Shown piece after piece: positions 13,079 through 27,200 of a stretch of DNA of 64,000 nucleotides (within the stretch, counting starts at the first letter, position 1; each line of letters begins with the position of its first letter). The notes beneath the pieces were generated by a model. The model was not told where the DNA came from and searched no databases. It saw nothing but the letters and a program-made list of their open reading frames with translations. This DNA is from the human T2T-CHM13v2.0 reference genome, Homo sapiens. The position numbers and the translations under genes are program-made. The stretch is taken from assembly GCF_009914755.1 (NCBI RefSeq), contig NC_060928.1; one strand, written 5' to 3'.

Positions 13079-15318
13079 CATTTAAACCAAAGCAATATAT
13101 ATATTCAGTGCAATCTTTACTAAAATTGCCATGTTATTTTTCATGGAAATAGAAAAACAATCCTAAAATGAGCATGGAACCAGAAAAAACCTTGAATAGC
13201 CAAAGTAACCTTGAGCAAAAAGAACAGAGCTGGAGGTATCATGTCTGATCTCAAAATATTTCACAAAGTTATAGTAATCAAAAGAGCTTACTGTTATGTC
13301 AGTTTGTTATGTCAGTACTAATACTGACATAAAAACAGACACATCAACCAATTGATAGGATAGGGAGCCTAGAAATAAACCCACACTTCTAAGGTCAATT
13401 GATATTGAACAAAAGTGCCAAGAATACACTATAGGAAAATAACAATCTCCTCAATAAACGACATTGGGAAAACTGTCTATTTACATGCAGAAAAATGAAA
13501 TTGGAATCTTATCTCATACTATATGTGAGAATCAACTCAAAATGAATTAAAGATTTAAATATAAGACCTGAACCAATAAAACTTCTAGAGGAAACATTGG
13601 GGAAAATCTCTGTAACATTGGTCTGGGCAGTGACTTCTTGGATATGACCTCAAAAGCATAGGCAGTAAGAATAAAAATAGAGAATTTTCTAATTATATCA
13701 AGTTACAAAACTTCTGTGCAACAAAGGAAACAATCAGCAGAGTGAAGAAACAGTGCACGGATTGGGAGAAATATTTGCGAGTCATACATCAGATAAGAAG
13801 CTCATATTGAAAATATATAAGAAACTCAGACTACTCACTAACAAGAAACAAATAATCCTATTAAAATGGGCAAAACATCATTTATAGACTGGATAAAGAA
13901 AATATGGTACATATACACTGTGGAATACTATGCAGTCATTAAAAAGAATGAGATCATGTCCTTTGCAGAGACATGGATTGAGCTTGAGGCTATTATCCTT
14001 AGCAAACTAACACAGGAACAGAAAACCAAATACCGCATGTTCTCACTTACAAGTGGGAGCTAAATGATGAGAACACATGGACACATAGAGCAGAGAAACA
14101 CACACTGGTGCCTTTCAGAGGATGGAGGTTGGGAGGAGGGAGAGGATCAGAAAAAATAACTAGTGGATACTAGGCTTAATACTGGGTTGATGAAATAATC
14201 TGTACAACAAACTCCCACGACACAAGTTTACCTAGGTAACAAACCTGCACATGTACCCCTGAACTTTAAAGTTTTAAAAAGTTGGCAAAATACCTGAATA
14301 GACATTTTTTCAAAAAAAAAAAAAGACATACAAATGACCAAGTATATGAAAAAATACTCAACCTCACTAATCAAGAGTGAAATGAAAATTAAAACCGTGA
14401 AACCATATCTCTTTATACCTGTTAGAATGGCTATTATCAAAAAGATGAAAGATAAGCATTGGCAAAGATGTGGAGGAAAGGGAGTACTGGTATAATGTTG
14501 GTAAGAATGTAATCTTATACCATAATTTTGGAAAACAGTATGGAAATTTTTGAAAAAATTAATAAAATTCACATATAATCCAGCAATTCTACTTTTGGAT
14601 ACATTTCCGAAGAAATTTAAATCAGTAGGTCAAAGTTATACTCATTGAAACATTATTCACAAAAGCCAAGATATGGAAACAACTCAAGTCCTCATCAATG
14701 AATGACTGAATTTCAAAATGTGGTGTACATGTAAAATACAATAATATTCACCCTAATAAAGAAAATCTTGTCATTTGCGATGCCATGGATGATTCTAGAG
14801 AACATTATGCTAAGTGAAAAGAGCCAGGCACAGAAAAACAAATACCAAATTGCCTCACCTATATGTGGAATCTAAAAATGTAAAACATAGAAGCAGAGAA
14901 TAAAATGGTTATCAGAGGATGATGATAGGGAAAGATAGGGAAAGGGGAGATGTTGGTCAAAGTGTACAAAGTTTCAGTTAGGAGGAATAAGTTCTGGTGA
15001 TCTATTGCACAACATGGTGACTAAAGTGAAGAATACATAAGCACATTGCAAAATTCCTAAAAGCAATTTTAAAAGTGCATCTTAAAAGTTCTCACGACAA
15101 AGAAATTACAAGCATGTGTCCTGTTATTAATTAGCCTGATTAACTAGGCATTGTTAATCAGCTTGTGACCATTCCACAATGTATACATGTATCAAAACAT
15201 CATCACATTGTACCTCATAAATATATACAATTATTTGTCAGTTAAAAATAAAATAATATAAAAAATTTAAAATAATAAGTTAATTAAAATCAAATAATTT
15301 TTTAAAGAAAAGATAAGG
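13079..15318 (+). mobile_element. L1MA (L1MA7-9-like) 5'-truncated LINE, ORF2 3' part plus 3' UTR
   Basis: ORF2 signatures (agctggaggtatc, aatcaactcaaaatg); L1MA 3' UTR ggagatgttggtcaaagtgtacaaagtttcagttag; A-rich tail; TSD ggaaaat(g/t)tcatc. Confidence 0.88.
13876..14276 (+). mobile_element. L1PA15/16-like 3' end inserted into the L1MA
   Basis: ORF2 end (IILSKLTQEQKTKYRMFSLTSGS); 3' UTR gaggatcagaaaaaataac...aacctgcacatgtacccctgaactt; approximate TSD aaaatgggcaaaa / aaaagttggcaaaa. Confidence 0.88.
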
Positions 15319-17033
15319 GGAAAATTTCATCTCACGCTTTTCTTAGATAATTTACTTTGGAAAATTTGTAATCATTAATTCTTTTTCCATCCCTTTAAAA
15401 TTCATTTAAATCCCTTTAAAGGCTAAAATAGCTTTTTGCTAGCTTTATAGCCAAGGTGTGTCTTTCTTAAAGACCTGAGAATCATCTCATTAAAATGTAA
15501 ACATCCAAGGATATGGCACTCCTTTCTCAGAGTTTCTGTAGGTGAATAGGTGCCTAACTTGTGTTGGCTCCATGTTGCAAAACTGACCCATCCTAAAAGT
15601 ATGAGAAATTTATTTTGTATTTATATAAAGACAATTAATTAATACAGGTGAATCATCCCAATTACTGGGTGAATTAAAGATAAATTATGTGTAACAAATT
15701 GTGTTGTCAAGTTCTCCTACTCAAGGACTAGTTATTATTTATCTTAAGAACATGTAATGAGTTTCGTTGCTTGGCTATATAAAATGAGATTTCTGTTTGT
15801 CTTTGAAAACTTTTCGAAGATTGCTTGTGATTGTGCATCATTTTCTGATTTAATGCTCACTCAATAATTAAAATATCTTTTTGCCTTACTACATTTATGG
15901 AGTTAAAAAAAGATTTTGTTTTTGGTATATTTTGCCAACATACCTTTCTCTTTCTATGTGGGCCAAGAATCACTTGGGCATTTATATTTATAGAGAGAAG
16001 GGTAAAACTGGTGAAGAAGTTATTGATTTATTCCTCACTCATGCTTTTATATATATATTTTTTCTCTCTGCACATAGAGTAGCAGTCACAAAATCTGACA
16101 AATGTAGGATTTAGATGGGTAATCAGTCTTTCTTATTGACAACAAAAATCCATCAGAATCACTTGTTCTGCTGATAAAAATGAAGATTTCAGAACCACTG
16201 TGTTATACCTTGCCCAAGTTACTGATCCTTAATTACCAACCCTGTATTTTTATCATTATTAAAATTAGGATAGCAATGCCTTCTCCAATGGGTTGCTTTG
16301 CTTAGTATACTTTTTGAGGTAATATGTTAGTCCATTTTCAGTGACACTGGGTTGTGAGTTTGCTGTTGCCATTGTTCTTTTTGTTTCAGTCTTGGTAATT
16401 TGTTTATTAAAATGTCACCAAATTTTGTGGTTCCATCAAGGACATCTGATTGCAGTTTGACTGTGATTGTGACTAGTGTAGGTAACACTAAACTGTTGAT
16501 TTAAAAAATAAATAATAATGTGGTTTTTAAAATTGCCTACATTAATATCTAGAATGTCCAAGCAACTACTTCAAATCAATGAGGAAAAAACATTATTACT
16601 TTATCCAGGGACTAATAAAAATGTTAAAATGTAAACAAAAAAAATTAGAAAATGAACATGAAATATAAACAGTCAACTTATAGAAAAAGAAACCCCAATG
16701 GGTAAAACTATATAAAAAGACAATTAACCCCACTAGTAATTAGAAAAGGGCAAACTATGACCACAGTCAAACTGGTATACATTAGATAAACATCAAGGGT
16801 TGAATATTATGTGACAAAATAATAACCTATATGAATTCCTCCAAATGAATGTGGGAAAAAAATGCAGGTATTCTGAAGAGTTCTTTTACAAAATAGACTA
16901 AAACTGAATGTTCGTATATATCATGACTCAGCAATTACACTCCCCTTCCAAACCTACAAAGAAGCTCAAAACAGAATTTTGCAGAATGATAACTGCAGGA
17001 TTGTTTGAAGAAGAGAGTTGGAAATAATCTAGG

Positions 17034-17467
17034 TGCAAAGAAAGTTCACTGGGCACTGGTTATCACTTTAGTCCACTGCACCTTGGGCTGCACTTTTACT
17101 ACTCATCCAAGTCTGGTAAGACAAAACCCTCACACATGAGTTACATTAAGCAGGTTTATTACTTACAGATAGGCAGAAAAGGCAACAGAAGCCAAGGATT
17201 CTGTTCTTCAAGGCTGGTCCCCTAAGATTCAGGAAATTTGCCCAGGGTGGTTGGAGTCTCATTTGCATGTTCCCCACTTGAACTACAACTGAGGGACTCT
17301 GGAACATGGTCAGCTTTGGTTTTACACTCTGGGGGAATATGTTGCACTGGGCTAAAGTGTTAAACAACATTCTGTTCTAGTAGAGACAGGAACAGATTCC
17401 TGGCGGTCTTGGTAAATTCCTCTTAATCTCAGGTTGTTGAATTCCCAGCACAAGTCCACTCAGAGAA
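17034..17467 (-). mobile_element. ERVL-type LTR (MER70/LTR53 group, tentative), truncated at its 5' end
   Basis: Homologous to 19881-20350; reverse polyA signal tttatt; flanked by ctagg/ctagg. Confidence 0.7.
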
Positions 17468-17679
17468 CTAGGTATGTCTTACACAAAGAATAGGTAAGTA
17501 AAATGTTGTGAATATGTATGATAAAATTGTATGCAGCAGTAGCAATTTGAAAAAATGAATAACATTTATACACTAAGGTGAACAGATTAAAAACATGTAA
17601 TATCAAGTGAAAAACTGAGATATGAAAATACATATGCAGCATGACACAACGTATGTAGAATAAACAATAAACATATTGA

Positions 17680-17910
17680 AGCCTCCAGACTCTGGGACCA
17701 GATTATTTTTTAGTGTGACCTGCTAGCTGTCTGATCTCGGGCAACTCACATAACCTGTCTACGTCTCAGTTTTCTCATCTCTAAGTGGAGAAAGTAATAG
17801 TACTAATACCATAAAACTGTTGCAATGGTTAAGTAAGTTAATATAAACATATAGAAGAGGTCCTAGCACACATCAATAGCTGAATAATTCTTAGAAATGT
17901 TTATTATTTA
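17680..17910 (+). mobile_element. MIR SINE
   Basis: Core tcgggcaactcacataacctgtct..tctcagttttctcatctctaagtggag. Confidence 0.8.
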
Positions 17911-18651
17911 TTTTAGTACGCATTTAAAACATACACATACACTCAATAATACTGCATATATTTTTAAAATATTCATATATTTCCATGCTAATATATAACA
18001 TGGGAACCTCTTAAGGGTGATGTTTGTGTCTGCTTCAAAAAGCAGAAAAATGAAATATAATATAAAATAAGGAAGATGATTTGTAAAGGCTGATGATAAC
18101 ATTAAAATTATCCCATGAATGGAAAACCACAAAGAACTTAACTGTCTACAATAGAGAACTAAACAAAACTAATCTGCTATTTTAACATCAATAGCCTTTT
18201 TTAGAACAACCTGGCACAGTTAGTCAGAAAACAATTTTTTCACAAATCATTAACAGCAAAATTCACATTTTATTGTGTGTTTAGAGAATAATATCACAAA
18301 ACATTGTAGGAAATCTTAAAAAGAGACTCCATCAAAATTCAGTGTTACTCGATCCCACCACAAAAATACATATGTGAGGAATTTCTGACTGTAAAATAAA
18401 TAATTTCTCTGCTTTGTGGAAAAGAAGAGGAAAATGAAAGTTGCCCTGCTAGAATCTAAATGTCTACTATCTTGTGATAGCTTTAATTCTGGTATGTATA
18501 AGCATGCCTGGTACTTAGTAAGTATTCAATTATTATTTGTTAATTTAATGAACAGATATCAAACACAGAGATATTCACCCTCCTTCACTGGTGAATTTTC
18601 TTTGCATAATTAAGAGCTCATCCTTTCCTAAGGATCCAATGTCATTACTTT

Positions 18652-18945
<294 letters not shown>

Positions 18946-19880
18946 CATTACTTTATCAATAAGAAAATAATCATAATACTTGATGATCTGTGTTTCTTAT
19001 GCCTGTGCTAAGTTTCCCAATTCCTGAAGCCTGACAAATGCAGATCCTTTCTGTATGCGGGTCAATAAAAATGATCCTGTTGGCATATTAAATGCCTTTG
19101 GATGCAATGAATGGAGTCAGCATTTAGGATTTTTGTTTGTTTTAAACCTGTTATCCGAGATGGATAAATGGAGGCCCCAGGCCTGAATTGAGCTTCTCCC
19201 TATTTCCTCTTGTCTACCAAGTGTGCAAAGACAGTGTGATAAGATTTCTGCTATACCATTTTGAATATGTCCTCATTTTTTCCTGAAGTTGTTGAAAGCT
19301 GCAACAACTTGTTAATCCCTCATCAGCCTCTTCTCCATGGTTGGGAGGACCTTACTATGACCTTAGTGGGACTCAGTCTCACCATTCCTCTATTTGTAGT
19401 TAACGACTTCTATGGCGGTTGCACTTTCAGATCAATGGCTTTAGGCATTTATTTCGTGGCTGTAAATCAGACCAAAGCTCCTTTATTTCACATCTGTGAA
19501 TGCAGTGTTCTGGATCCTTGACCAGCTGGTTCCTCAAACTATGATTGCATCAATTTCCAGTTAACAATCTCATTATCTCCTTTTACTCTTCCTATGCAAT
19601 TACTGAAAACTTTTAAAAATGCTTTTGAAATTTCTTCATTGCATATATCTGACTTAGTAATAAAATTTGTTCACTTGTTGTATGGTAAATTTAATATGCA
19701 TTCACTAATAATTATGTAATAATGATGAAAATAAATATATTGCAATCAATTTTTATATTGAAATACTGAGCCTTGGGATCACTGGAAACTGTTGTGGACA
19801 TATCTTAATTCTCTCCTAAAGGACAGTAGCACCACCTAGTACTAGGGATTGCTGTGAGAATAAAACTTGGCACATGCTAA

Positions 19881-20350
19881 TGTGAAGCTGATTGACTGGG
19901 CAGAGTCCACAGTGAACTTACTTCACATTGCCAACTTGTCTGAGTCCAGTGAGACATAATACCCATGCACAATAAGCTGCATGAAGTGGATTTATTATTT
20001 GCAGCTATGCAGCAAGAAACAACAGATACCTAGAGTTTATTGTGATTCTGTTCCCCAACCCTCAAGAAAGCAGCCCAGGGTGGATGGAATTTCATCTGTG
20101 TGTCTCCCACTTGCACTGAAGCTGAGGGACAGCAAAAAGCGGCCCACTCTGAGTTCTATACCCCTAGACAATATGGGTTTTCTTGGTTAAAGTATTGAAG
20201 GACATTGTGTTTTTAGGGGGAAAAGGAACAGAGTCAGGCTGTTAAGGTCAATTTCTCCTTATCTCAGGATCCATCCAAAACATTCTAATGATCAGCAAGG
20301 AAGGGAAGAGAACTGGGTGGGTCCAAGGCCACCTGGAGAAATGTCCTGCA
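19881..20350 (-). mobile_element. ERVL-type solo LTR (same family as 17034-17467) inserted in a MIR
   Basis: TGT...GCA termini; TSD gctaa/gttaa; MIR tail cttggcacat | aagtgctcaata resumes across it. Confidence 0.75.
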
Positions 20351-21381
20351 GTTAAGTGCTCAATATATGTTATATATACTTATGGTCAATATAATTATTA
20401 ACACATACTAAGGTACATGTGATATAGAAAGGAAAATACTGAGCTTTACAATAAAATACAAGGCCAAAAATTTAATGTCATAAAAACTATATTCATTAGA
20501 GATTACATTATTAGTAAGAGTGTAGAAGAATGGAGCCTCCTATAGGTTTTCCTTGAAGCTGGCCAATCTAACTGTTCACTCTACCTGTGAAAGCAATAAT
20601 CAGGGCTTTGGGGTTAACATTTCAGAACAGTCTCCTTCTGGCGTCTTCTGTAGTAGACATTACCACTGCTTACAAAACCTAAAGCCTGTCCCATTATATG
20701 ACAGAGAAAAGTAAATGGCACATGGTTTTCCCTGTTGATTTTTTAATATATTTGCTCTTTTATACAAAAGTAAGGTCAGGATTTTCATTAATTAGGGTTT
20801 ATTTTCCTTTTATTTTCTTTTCAATTGGAAATCTCTAGTATCTTTTAAACCAACATTCGTTACAGATCCTTAGTCCCATGTACAAAAAATTCCGGCTGGA
20901 AGGCTTATTTTATGCATTCACTTTTTTATTTAATGTGCATTGTAAATCATCCTGCTACTATATTTTCTAAGAAATCATATTGTTTGATGTTTACATACTA
21001 GTTGATATCTCAAGTTTGCAAATCATTTTTCAGACAACTCATAGGAAGTCAAATATTCCCTTTGAAATAATAAACCAAATATTTATGAATAATGGCATTA
21101 AAAAAACACAGTTGACTTTTTTGAATTCAATTATTGAGAGAATTAAAATAAAATAAAATTTCAACAAATCAAAATCAAGTTTCACATTACCTAAGCCAGA
21201 TCTATATATCAAATTTGAGTTCACAGTGAATTGAGAAGAGATTGTTTTGTTCATATTCCCAACATCTGATGAAAGAGTCTTGCTTTCTTACAGTCAACTA
21301 AAATATGTCAGACATCTGAAATCCTAAAAATTGATAGTATATGGCATCCAAGATCAAGAGGGAACGATCAGAATTGTAACA

Positions 21382-21469
21382 TAAATATATGTGTGTGTGC
21401 GTGTGTATGTGTATATATATATACATATATATACACACACATATATATATATACACACACATATATTTA
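21382..21469. repeat. Compound (TG)/(TA)/(CA) microsatellite with 17 bp inverted arms
   Basis: taaatatatgtgtgtgt ... acacacacatatattta are exact reverse complements. Confidence 0.9.
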
Positions 21470-21629
21470 CCTAATATTCTAATGTACAATGATCTAAATT
21501 CTACTGACAGAATCATACTTTATTACTTAAAAAGATTTAAAGTTTTCTGAATAATATCAAAAATGGTAAAGTAATTTTTAAAAAATTACATTTTATGATT
21601 AATTTAATGTCTAAAATATCTTAATATCT

Positions 21630-21860
21630 AAGTGACAGCATGAAATACTGCCAAAGAGCATAAGCTCTGACAACAGAGATTTAGGTTAAGATTCTAACTC
21701 TGCTACTGCTAAGTATTTAATATCTCTATTCATTAGATTCCTTATATTTAAAATAAGAATAATAACAGGATACAATTAGAGAGGCTGTTATGAAGATAAA
21801 ATATGTTAATATAGTTAAAGCACATGGATGAGCAATAATATGCAAAAAGTACTCAAAATG
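21630..21860 (+). mobile_element. MIR SINE
   Basis: aagagcataagctctg...gctgttatgaagataaaatatgttaat..gttaaagca. Confidence 0.65.
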
Positions 21861-22075
21861 ATTCTCAACGTCTAAAGTCAATATGAAGAACAAAACAAAA
21901 TAAATATTTGCAATAAATATGACAATTTTTATTACATTTTTTTCTCATAAATCTATTTGAAATACTTAAAATAGATTAATGGAGAAAAGACATAAATAGT
22001 TAATTCAAAAAGGAAGAAATATATTGTTTATGGAAAAAAGTAAGGCTCATGAGTACACACAGAAATGTACAATGA

Positions 22076-22315
22076 GGATGTTAGGGCAATCAGGCTGCGA
22101 CATCTGTCACCTCATTGATCACTAGGGTAAATATGGCTGATCTGGCTGGCTAGGCAGGTGTCCCCTTCCTCCCTCACCACTCCTTGTGCATGCCTCCCAA
22201 AGCTGCATGCTGGGTCAAAGAAGACGACCATCCTCAATAGATGAGGATGAGTCTTCAGTAAAGGGTATATGATTACTTGTGCTCCCTTGCTAGAACCTCC
22301 AAACAAGCTCTCAAG
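22076..22315 (+). pseudogene. RN7SKP: 7SK snRNA retropseudogene, 3'-truncated (nt 1 to ~240), no poly-A tail
   Basis: ggatgttagggcaatcaggctgcgacatctgtcacc...gctagaacctccaaacaagctctcaag matches 7SK; perfect 15 bp TSD agaaatgtacaatga (22061-22075, 22314-22328); sits inside an old L1 fragment (~21870-22560). Confidence 0.97.
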
Positions 22316-22739
22316 AAATGTACAATGAAAAAAAAAAAACTTTAAAAATTCTTTTACCTTTCAAAGTAGCAACTATATTAAAAATACAATAATATATTAT
22401 GCAGGGAGTTTACACGGAAAAGGGCATTTTTGCCTAATGCTGGAGGGAATATAAATTTGTAATAAACATTTTTGCAATCTTTTTGGCAATATCTATCATG
22501 AGAGATAAAATGTTTATGTGACCTAAAAATAACATTTTATAATTTGTAATTTTTGCTTTTAGATTGAAAAAGCCTTAGGCAAGTGATAATGTAACATAAT
22601 TTGTACAATTAAATTATTGGAATTATAGGTGAACCAAAATATATGGGACAATGGAAAGAGCATTAAACTGGAAAGGTGGAAAATAATTTTCCAGTTTTGA
22701 TTTTATTTTATAGACAGATATTATGAATCCATTGTGTCT

Positions 22740-23149
22740 CAGATTCTGCGCTAATTGCAGAGTTTAGTTAACTAGAACATATAAAAACTCTGCCCCAGTG
22801 GAGCTCACAGTCTAGTGGACAAATATACACTAAAATATTTCCAATGCACAATTATAATTGCTAAGTGGAATTTGGGGAATATGGTGCATGGAACGAAGGC
22901 ATTATAAAGGAGGTATTAGTGACATTTTAGTTCTGTCCTGCATTCTGTAAGAGTTAGATTTCCAGGGAAGGAGGTCTTCCATAAAAATCAAGAGATCAGT
23001 ACTTGTCAAAGCCCAGAGGCATGCAAGAACATGGTGAGGTCAGTGGAGCTGGAGGATAGCACTTGAGAAGGAGAGATAAGAAGAGTTCAAGCTGGATAAT
23101 CCTAAGTGGCCAGATCAGTCACAGTCTTGTCATGGAAAATAAGGAGTTT

Positions 23150-23188
<39 letters not shown>

Positions 23189-23380
23189 CTGCAATGGGAA
23201 ACCATTTGGAGATTTTACAGCATGAAGAGTACATTTTTTAATGAGTACTCATTCATCAATGTGGAGAGTTTGCTGAAAAAGACAAATCTAAAGGCAATGA
23301 TACCCATTTGGTAGATGTCATAGTAAACAAGGGAAGAGATAGTGGCAGCTTCAATTCACTAGGGTTAGTTGAAGTAGAGA
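22740..23380 (-). mobile_element. L2 LINE fragment
   Basis: ctgccccagtggagctcacagtctagtgg and gcaatgggaaaccatttggagattttacagca motifs. Confidence 0.75.
23150..23185. repeat. (TTG)12 microsatellite
   Basis: Read directly. Confidence 0.95.
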
Positions 23381-24267
23381 AGTCAATCTCACTCATCCTC
23401 TTTGATCCTCACTTTGATCTTCAAGCAATTAATGATGTTGAGCTAGATGGACACAAGTAAGCTTTCTGATAGAAAATTTCACCCCTGAGTGTTTAGCTGA
23501 TGTGATATAATGAAAGGGGTCATCCCATTTCTACCATGGTCATTGAGAGTAATGCAATAAAAATTTAACTTAACACAGCTATGAGGGACCAGGCTGCATG
23601 AATTTGAAAGAGAAAGATTAAAAGCAGCCACAGGAGAAAGAAAGGAAAGCAAATAAACTGAAATGTCTGCTCAGAACTGCTTTACACAGGCATACTTATG
23701 AAGATTCCTAGGGGAAAGGAACAAACTAGAACAGTGTGAAATTTTCATCAGTAAACCCCAAACCACATGAAAACTGCCTCCTTCCAGTTTCTTGCACAAA
23801 TTTCATACCAATGGGATTTCATTCACATATGTGGGATGTTTTTCCCTTCACCCAGGAACCCTTCATCAAAGAAAAAAGAGGGACCTCTTGCCCTGTCTGG
23901 AGAGGGTGGCTTCTTCAAGGTTGACTTTCAGCTCTTTGCTCTGCATGTGTACAGTTTAACAAAGAAAGAAGTTGTAAGGGTAGGTGTTTGGTTCTCCTGC
24001 GTTGCCGCATGAAAATCAGAGCAAAGATTTTTAATAATATCTGAAAGAATATTCAAGTTTCTGTCTTTTTTATTGGTAATGTAGACAGAACTACCTTAGA
24101 CTCCCCACTTGACCTTCTCGTTTATGTATAGCCCTCCCCCAACTCTGCCCTGCTGTATTTGTTCTTTCTCAACAAAGGCCAATATATTTTGTTTCCACCT
24201 GGTTGTCAAAATTTCTCCATTCCAATGATCCACTGGAGCTGGCCCACACCCTGCATGGACACACTTC

Positions 24268-27200
24268 TTTTTTTTTTTTAAGTTATACTTTAAGTTCTGG
24301 GATACATGTGCAGAATGTGCAGGTTTGTTACATAAGTATACACGTGCCATGGCGGTTTGCTGCACCCATCAACCCATCATCTACATTAGGTATTTCTCCT
24401 AATGCTATCCCTCCCATAGCCCCCCACCCCCTAACAGGCCCTGGTGTGTGATCTTCCCCTCCCTGTGTCCATTTGTTCTCACTGTTCAACTCCCACTTAT
24501 GAGTGAGAACATGCAGTGTTTGGTTTTCTGTTCCTGTGTTAGTTTGCTGAAAATGATAGTTTCCAGCTTCATCCATGTCTCTGCAAAGGACATGAGCTCA
24601 TCCTTTTTATGGCTGCATAGTATTCCATGGTATATATGTGCCACATTTTCTTTACACAGTTTATCATTGATGGGCATTTGTGTTGGTTCAAAGTCTTTGC
24701 TATTGTTAACAGTGCTGCAATAAACATACGTGTGCATGTGTCTTTATAGTAGAATAATTTATAATCCTTTTGGTCTATACCCAGTAATGGGATTGCTAGG
24801 TCAAATGGTATTTATGGTTTTAGATCCTTGAGGAATTGCCACACTGTCTTCCACAATGGTTGAACTAATTTACACTCCCACCAAAAGTGTAAAAGCATTT
24901 CTAGTTCTCCACATCCTCCCCAGCACCTGTTTTTTCATGACTTTTTAATGATCACCATTCTAACTGGCGTGAGATGGTATCCCATTGTGGTTTTTATTTG
25001 CATTTCTCTAATAACCAGTGATGATGAGCTTTTTTTCATCTGTTTGTTGGCTGCATAAATGTCTTCTTTTGTGAAGTGTCTGTTCATATCCTTTGGCCAC
25101 TTTTTGAAGGGGTTGTTTGTTTTTTTCTTGTAAACTTGTTTAAGTTATTTGTAGACTCTGGATATTAGCCCTTTGTCAGATGGATAGACTGCAAAAATTT
25201 TCTCCCATTCTGTAGGTTGCCTGTTGACTCTGAAGATCATTTCTTTTGCTGTGCAGAAGCTCTTTAGTTTAATTAGATCCCATTTGTCAATTTTGCCTTT
25301 TGTCGCCATTGTTTTTGGTGTTTTACTCATGAAGTCTGCCCATGCCTATATCCTGAATGGAAATGGCAAGGTTTTCTTCTAGGATTTTTATGGTTTTAGG
25401 TCTTATGTTTAAGTCTTCAATCCATCCTGAGTTAATTTTTGCATAAGGTGTAAGGAAAGGGTCAATTTTCAGTTTTCTGCATATGGCTAGCCAGTTTTCC
25501 CAACACCATTTTTTAAGTAGGGAATCCTTTCCGCATTGCTTATTTTTGTCAGGTTTGTCAAAGATCAGATGGTTGTAGATGTGTGGTGTCATTTCTGAGG
25601 CCTCTGTTCTGTTCCGTTGGTCAATATATCTGTTTTGGTATCAGTACATGCTGTTTTGGTTACTGTAGGCTTGTAGTATAGTTTGAAGCCAGGTAGCATG
25701 ATGCCTCCAGCTTTGTTCTTTTTGCTTAAGACTGTCTTGGCTATATGGGCTCTTTTTTGGTTCCATATGAAATTTAAAGTAGTTTTTTTCTAATTCTGTG
25801 AAGAAAGTCAATGGTAGCTTGATCAGGATAACATTGAATCTATAAATTACTTTGGGCAGTATGGCTATTTTCACGATACTGATTCTTCCTATCCATGAGC
25901 ATGCAATGTTTTTCCATTTGTTTGTGTCGTCTCTTATTTCCTTGAGCAGTGGTTTGTAGTTCTCCTTGAATAAGTCCTTCATATCTCTTGTAAGATGTAT
26001 TCCTAGGTATTTTATTCTCTTTGTAGCGATTGTGAATGGGACTTCACTCAGGATTTAGTCTTCTGTTTGTCTATTATTGGTGTATAGGAATGCTTGTGAT
26101 TTTTGCACACATATTTTTTTATCCTGAGACTTTACTGAAGTTGCTTATCAGCTTAAGGAGATTTTGGGCTGAGATGATGGGAGTCTCTAAATATACAATC
26201 ATGTCGTCTGAAAACAGAGACAATTTTACTTCCTCTCTTCTTATTTGAATACTCTTTATTTCTTTCTCCTGACTTAGTACCCTGGCCAGAACTTTCAAAA
26301 CTATGTTGAATTGGAGTGGTGAGAGGGGGCATCCTTGTCTTGTGCTGACTTTCAAAAAGAATGCTTTCAGTTTTTGCCCATTCAATATGATATTGGCTGT
26401 GGGTTTTTTCATAAATAGCTCTTATTATCTTGAGATACATTCCATTTTTTCATAAATAGCTCTTATTATCTTGAGATACATTCCATCAATACCTAGTTTA
26501 TTGAGAGTTTTTAGCATGACGGGGTGTTCAATTTTACTGAAGGCCTTTTCTGCATCTATTGAGATAATCATGTTGTTTTTGTCATTGGTTCTGTTTATGT
26601 GAGGGATTATATCTATTTATTTGTATTATGCTGAACCAGTCTTGCATCCCAGGGATGAAGCTAACTTGATTGTGTTGGATAAGCTTTTTGATGTGCTGCT
26701 GGATTCAGTTCACCAGTATTTTTTTTAGGGTTTTCAAATCCATGTTCATCAGGGATATTGGCCTGAAATTTTCTTTTTTTGTTGTGTCTCTGCCAGGTTT
26801 TGGTAACAGGATGACGCTGGCCTCTTAAAATGAGTTAGGAAGGAGTCCCTCTTGTTCAATTGTTTGGAATAGTTTCAGAAGGAATGGTACCAACTGCTCT
26901 TTGTACCTCTGGTGTAATTTGGCTGTGAATCTGTCTGGTCCTGGGCTTTATTTGGTTGGTAGGCTATTAATTACTGCCTCAATTTCAAAACTTTTTATTG
27001 GTCTATTCAGGGATTCGACTTCTTCCTGGTTTAGTCTTAAGAGGGTATATGTGTCTAGGAATTCATACATTTCTTCTAGATTTTTTAGTTTATTTGGGTA
27101 GAAGTGTTTATAGTATTCTCTGATGGCACTTTGTATTTCTGTGCGATCGTTGGTGATATCCCCTTTATCATTTTTTATTGTGTCTATTTTATTCTTCTCT

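Larger units (their letters stand above)
13042..15940 (+). mobile_element. ERV1 solo LTR (MER90/LTR51-like, tentative); body at 15319-15940, 5' tip at 13042-13078 displaced by an L1MA
   Basis: TATA box (ggctatataaaa) and CA terminus at 15940; TGT at 13042 with flanks tatc/tacc. Confidence 0.65.
16540..18120 (+). mobile_element. Ancient L1ME-type 3' fragments interrupted by an LTR and a MIR
   Basis: Degenerate ORF2 3' motifs (aacagtcaacttatagaaaaagaaac, atgactcagcaattacactcc). Confidence 0.55.

Noticed and set aside
19261-19521. 86 aa ORF in unique sequence
   Set aside because: Non-ATG first codon, no recognisable motif or splice context.
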